Shown piece after piece: positions 36,605 through 40,000 of a stretch of 40,000 bases of DNA. The stretch's first letter is position 1. Each line of letters starts with the position of its first letter. The stretch comes from Erwinia phage pEa_SNUABM_54. The position numbers were made by a program, and so were the translations under genes. A model generated the notes under the pieces. That model made no database searches, was not told the origin of the DNA, and worked only from the letters and a program-made list of their open reading frames with translations. The DNA lies in the sequence record MW879341.1. One strand, 5' to 3'.

Positions 36605-38146
36605 ATGGCCATAATGACCTTAGAGATCTACGGACAGAGTATTAAAGTGCTCTCCAAAGATAACTACGGTATTGCGTGCGCGCTTGAGTTTTGTCGTAGC
36701 ATGATAAAGTACAAGATGGAAAACGTGGTAGACACCAGTCGACCCGGATATCATGCCCAGATGGTGCGTGTGCCTGACTGTACCTATGCAGCTTCGCCGC
36801 TCAACCGAGCATTCTTTTGTATTCACATTGGACAGAGACAGGAGTTTCTTGCTTACCTGCAACGCTGTGGTATTCCGCAGGACCAGATAAAGATTGTAGA
36901 AGTCCCTAAGTATAAGGCTACACCGGCCAAGTTGAAGATGAAAGATTTCTGGGTGGATAAACCACACCAGACGCCAATCATCGAATACGTAATTGATGGT
37001 GAGTCTTTGAAGATCCTACCCGTTCAGACAGGTGGGGGAAAGACGTATATGGCATTGAAAGCCGCCAGTATCTTTGGTGAGCGATTCATGCTTGTTACGC
37101 GCGGTGGTTATATTGATAAGTGGATTGAAGACGTTAAGAAAACGTACGATATCGACGACTCAAGAATCATCGTTATCAAAGGCGAGAAAGCCTTGATGCG
37201 GGCAATCGAACTTGCTAAGGCTGGCGATTTCGATTACGACGTACTGTTAGTATCGACCGGTGGGTTAGCCGACTATATCAAACACTACGAGCAGTATCTA
37301 GGAACAGAACTGGGCGACCTGTATCTGGACCCTCGTGCGCTCGGTATGTTGTTTGGTGTTGGCCTGCGTATCGTGGATGAAGCTCACCAGATGCTTCACA
37401 TGTACTATCGCATCGACTTGTACAGCCACTTCAACAAAGTGTTGTTCTTGTCAGCGACCATCATCGGTAACGATGCTATGGAGAAACGTATCCACGAGAT
37501 TATCTACCCTACAGCGAAACGCTATACTGGGGCAGAGTGGAAGTGTTACATTGTGGCAACTGCATTACGCTACAATCTGAACGAACCACACAAAGCACGC
37601 TTCAAAGACCACCGGAAGAACTATTCGCATGTAGTGTATGAACAGTACCTCATGCGTAATAAGGAGAAGCTCAAGAACTACCTGAATATGGTGGGGAACT
37701 TAGCCTACGACTTCTTTAAGAATCGTAAGCCGGGTCAAAAGTATCTGATCTTTGCTTCAACCGTTGACATGTGTAATGTGATGGTTGCAGATTTAAAGAA
37801 ACGATTCCCTCATCTTAAAGTGGGTCGCTACGTTGCCGAGGATAACCTTGAGGATATCTACGAATACGATTTAACAGTGACTACTCCGGGTTCAGGTGGT
37901 ACGGGCATCGACATCCCAGATCTGGCAGCAGCCCTCGCTACGTCGAGTGTCAGTTCAGGGAAGTTGAACATCCAGATGCTTGGTCGTCTGCGTGAACTCA
38001 AGAACTACCCGGGTGAGTTCCCAGAGTATCAGTATCTGGTCTGCTCCGACATTCCTAAGCAGGTTGAGTACCATAAACAAAAGTACGAACTGTTCCAAGG
38101 AAAAGTAAAAACGCATCGGGAACAAATGACCGGCGCGTCAGTGTAA
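36605..38146 (+). CDS. SF2 family helicase/ATPase
   Basis: Walker A 'LPVQTGGGKTYMAL', 'RIVDEAHQML' (DEAH), 'LFLSATIIG', 'VTTPGSGGTGIDIPD', 'QMLGRLREL' motif VI-like. Confidence 0.9.
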   Translation: MAIMTLEIYGQSIKVLSKDNYGIACALEFCRSMIKYKMENVVDTSRPGYHAQMVRVPDCTYAASPLNRAFFCIHIGQRQEFLAYLQRCGIPQDQIKIVEVPKYKATPAKLKMKDFWVDKPHQTPIIEYVIDGESLKILPVQTGGGKTYMALKAASIFGERFMLVTRGGYIDKWIEDVKKTYDIDDSRIIVIKGEKALMRAIELAKAGDFDYDVLLVSTGGLADYIKHYEQYLGTELGDLYLDPRALGMLFGVGLRIVDEAHQMLHMYYRIDLYSHFNKVLFLSATIIGNDAMEKRIHEIIYPTAKRYTGAEWKCYIVATALRYNLNEPHKARFKDHRKNYSHVVYEQYLMRNKEKLKNYLNMVGNLAYDFFKNRKPGQKYLIFASTVDMCNVMVADLKKRFPHLKVGRYVAEDNLEDIYEYDLTVTTPGSGGTGIDIPDLAAALATSSVSSGKLNIQMLGRLRELKNYPGEFPEYQYLVCSDIPKQVEYHKQKYELFQGKVKTHREQMTGASV

Positions 38147-38151
38147 TAGAG

Positions 38152-38183
38152 CCCACTCCGTCCTGTCCGGCGGAGTGGGTATT
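38152..38183 (+). terminator. hairpin terminator followed by TTTATG
   Basis: CCCACTCCG-tcctgtccgg-CGGAGTGGG-TATTTATG. Confidence 0.75.
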
Positions 38184-38209
38184 TATGTCTTTAATAAGGA
38201 AATACAGTT

Positions 38210-38713
38210 ATGTCAGATTTAATGAAAAGCATTACACGTCTTTGCAACAAACAGAACTTAGACAAGCGCCTGAAGAAGATCGATCCGTACGATTCCACAC
38301 TAAGCTCTGAAGATAAAGCGTTGGTGTTCTCAGCGTGTCGTATTAGTGAGGAGTACTTTTGCCTTATTGTTCGCAATGCACCTTCCACGATGCGTTTGGT
38401 GACGCCTGAGTTAGTATCTGGCGGTGTTAAGCAGCTTGTTTTAGAAGGCAGTGAGTTTGAACGCGTATTGTTGGACGTTCTGCGCGAATCTGAAATACAA
38501 GTAGCTAGCCTCAGCGCTCCTTCTATTAAAGCGTGGCTCTTTGACTCGGGCGATTTGGCCGTTCTGTTGAAGCAGTCAACGCGTCGTCGGGGAGTTAAGG
38601 TCTTTATAAAGACAGACCCTGTTGTGATTACACGCAACGGTGCCACGTTCACAGATTCTGAACTGACCAGTTTGGACATCGCTACACTGTTTGATTGTGA
38701 TTGGGTGGAGTAA
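38210..38713 (+). CDS. hypothetical protein
   Basis: 167 aa ORF. Confidence 0.75.
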   Translation: MSDLMKSITRLCNKQNLDKRLKKIDPYDSTLSSEDKALVFSACRISEEYFCLIVRNAPSTMRLVTPELVSGGVKQLVLEGSEFERVLLDVLRESEIQVASLSAPSIKAWLFDSGDLAVLLKQSTRRRGVKVFIKTDPVVITRNGATFTDSELTSLDIATLFDCDWVE

Positions 38714-39240
38714 TGGCTTTTACACCGAATAACATGTTCGCCTATGAAATCCTAATAGGTTTGATAGATGGGCAACAACCCTCGGACATCGAGCATCGTC
38801 ACGGTATAACGGGCCGAACGAGTATCAGTAACTGGACGTCACGTCAATTTGGCTTGACGCCAAAGCAACTGGTAAGCAAAGTTCTGCGTAATGAACTCGG
38901 TGTTGCTAAAGGTGATGTCTCATACGTCTCAGGAAGCTCTGAGAATAGACATCTCCTAGCTGTAATACTAGAGGGTGAATTTATGCGTGAGCACCGTAGC
39001 GCGCTTCCTAGAGGTGAGTATCACATCTGGGCGTTCTCGGGTCTTATCTGCGTTCAATGTTCTACGCACTATCCTGAAACAAGGAAAGTGTATCGTCGTA
39101 TTTATCAGACGAAGAAACCAATCGGAGAACTCTCCGATATCCGAATCCGTAAAATCTCACCAAGCTGGACTGAGTACCAAGTTACACCTCAGGATATCGC
39201 AGCACAGTTTGGTATTATCTGGTTCCCTAACGAGGATTAA
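38713..39240 (+). CDS. hypothetical protein, possibly HTH-containing
   Basis: ATG 38713 inside ORF 38701..39240; N-terminal helix-rich 'GQQPSDIEHRHGITGRTSISNWTSRQFG' looks like an HTH. Confidence 0.6.
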   Translation: MAFTPNNMFAYEILIGLIDGQQPSDIEHRHGITGRTSISNWTSRQFGLTPKQLVSKVLRNELGVAKGDVSYVSGSSENRHLLAVILEGEFMREHRSALPRGEYHIWAFSGLICVQCSTHYPETRKVYRRIYQTKKPIGELSDIRIRKISPSWTEYQVTPQDIAAQFGIIWFPNED

Positions 39241-39244
39241 AAGA

Positions 39245-39733
39245 ATGAGCTTTAACAACATTGCAATCTCCCCTATTAAAGAGCACGTAGACGGCGTGTG
39301 TGAAACGACACCTATCGGTAATGCTAACTTCTGGACAGTCTACGGCGTGGGCGCTGATGGTCTCTCAGAGGCTCTGGTGGACGTTGTTAACCAGCAGGCG
39401 GCAGTTGACTATGCTCAAAGACATTACCCACGTCTTCCAATCATGCAGTTGGTACCAGACCGACTCCCAGCCGTCGTCAACGCACCACCACTCAACTACA
39501 TGGGTTATGAAGTGGTTCCGTTCGCGACTAACGCTGCAAGTGGTGACGAGCATCCAGTAAGCGACGAACAGTGGGCTGAGTTCTGGGGTCTGTGCGCAGT
39601 ACATCAGAACGATGCATACACCATTCTGGCTAAACACGACACACGCATGGGTAGCGAACTGCTGTTGCGTGAGTTGGTGCGTCCTCGCGTTGATCTGCCT
39701 GTGGATAATCTGGAGTCTGACTTTACCGACTAA
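39245..39733 (+). CDS. hypothetical protein
   Basis: ATG 39245 (MSFNNIAISPIKEH...), within ORF 38975..39733. Confidence 0.7.
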   Translation: MSFNNIAISPIKEHVDGVCETTPIGNANFWTVYGVGADGLSEALVDVVNQQAAVDYAQRHYPRLPIMQLVPDRLPAVVNAPPLNYMGYEVVPFATNAASGDEHPVSDEQWAEFWGLCAVHQNDAYTILAKHDTRMGSELLLRELVRPRVDLPVDNLESDFTD

Positions 39734-39743
39734 GGGGCGTTGC

Positions 39744-40000
39744 GTGGAATTTACCAACATTATCATAGAGCCCGTTAAGTGGAACCCTAGAGGTTTCTTT
39801 AATGAGGTTTGTGAGTTAGGTCAGCAGGACGCTTGGGAAGTGGTGGGTATCACTAAACATAATCGTCGTGTGATACTGGGTGAGGCCGCTACGCAAAAGT
39901 CAGCATTGGCATTTGCGGCAGGTCACTCTACCGAGGTCACTCACGGTGTGTGGAATCACTTCAATAAAGGAAGTACTATCACACAGCGTGTCCCGTCCGA
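39744..40000 (+). CDS. hypothetical protein, truncated by window end
   Basis: GTG start; MEFTNIIIEPVKWNPRGFFNEVCELG..., open to the window edge. Confidence 0.6.
   Translation, partial: MEFTNIIIEPVKWNPRGFFNEVCELGQQDAWEVVGITKHNRRVILGEAATQKSALAFAAGHSTEVTHGVWNHFNKGSTITQRVPS

Noticed and set aside
1-40000. Toxin-antitoxin, CBASS, retron, restriction or other canonical defence operon
   Set aside because: No recognisable motifs for these (no RT, CD-NTase, TIR, methyltransferase or REase signatures seen); only macro-domain/DUF488 genes hint at interaction with host defence.

Overview
The window is a gene-dense, almost entirely plus-strand block of a phiKZ-like (Chimalliviridae-type) jumbo phage genome, probably infecting an enterobacterium. 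The best-supported calls are pieces of a split multi-subunit phage RNA polymerase: beta'-N with a zinc ribbon and NADFDG motif, beta-C, and beta'-C. There is also a divergent family B DNA polymerase palm/thumb half, an SbcD-like nuclease, an SF2 helicase, a candidate major capsid protein, an SSB-like protein ending in DIPF, and a macro-domain protein next to a small zinc-finger protein. Main findings: (1) a group I intron with a NUMOD/HNH endonuclease ORF sits exactly inside the catalytic NADFDGD motif of beta', with a perfect P1 helix. The obvious 3' splice choices do not restore the reading frame or the third Asp, and an unexplained 'GAC ACT ATG' (DTM) lies at the endonuclease start. (2) A repeated ~25-nt AT-rich element, ATTTCAgATATAyATTAyCTt.GTG, is a strong candidate phage-specific promoter. 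(3) Eight strong hairpins are directly followed by TTATG/TTTATG, suggesting combined terminator/TATG-type promoter punctuation. (4) The DNA polymerase lacks a visible motif A and looks split. (5) Tandem small accessory ORFs show possible frameshifts. All calls were made by eye; no database search was run.
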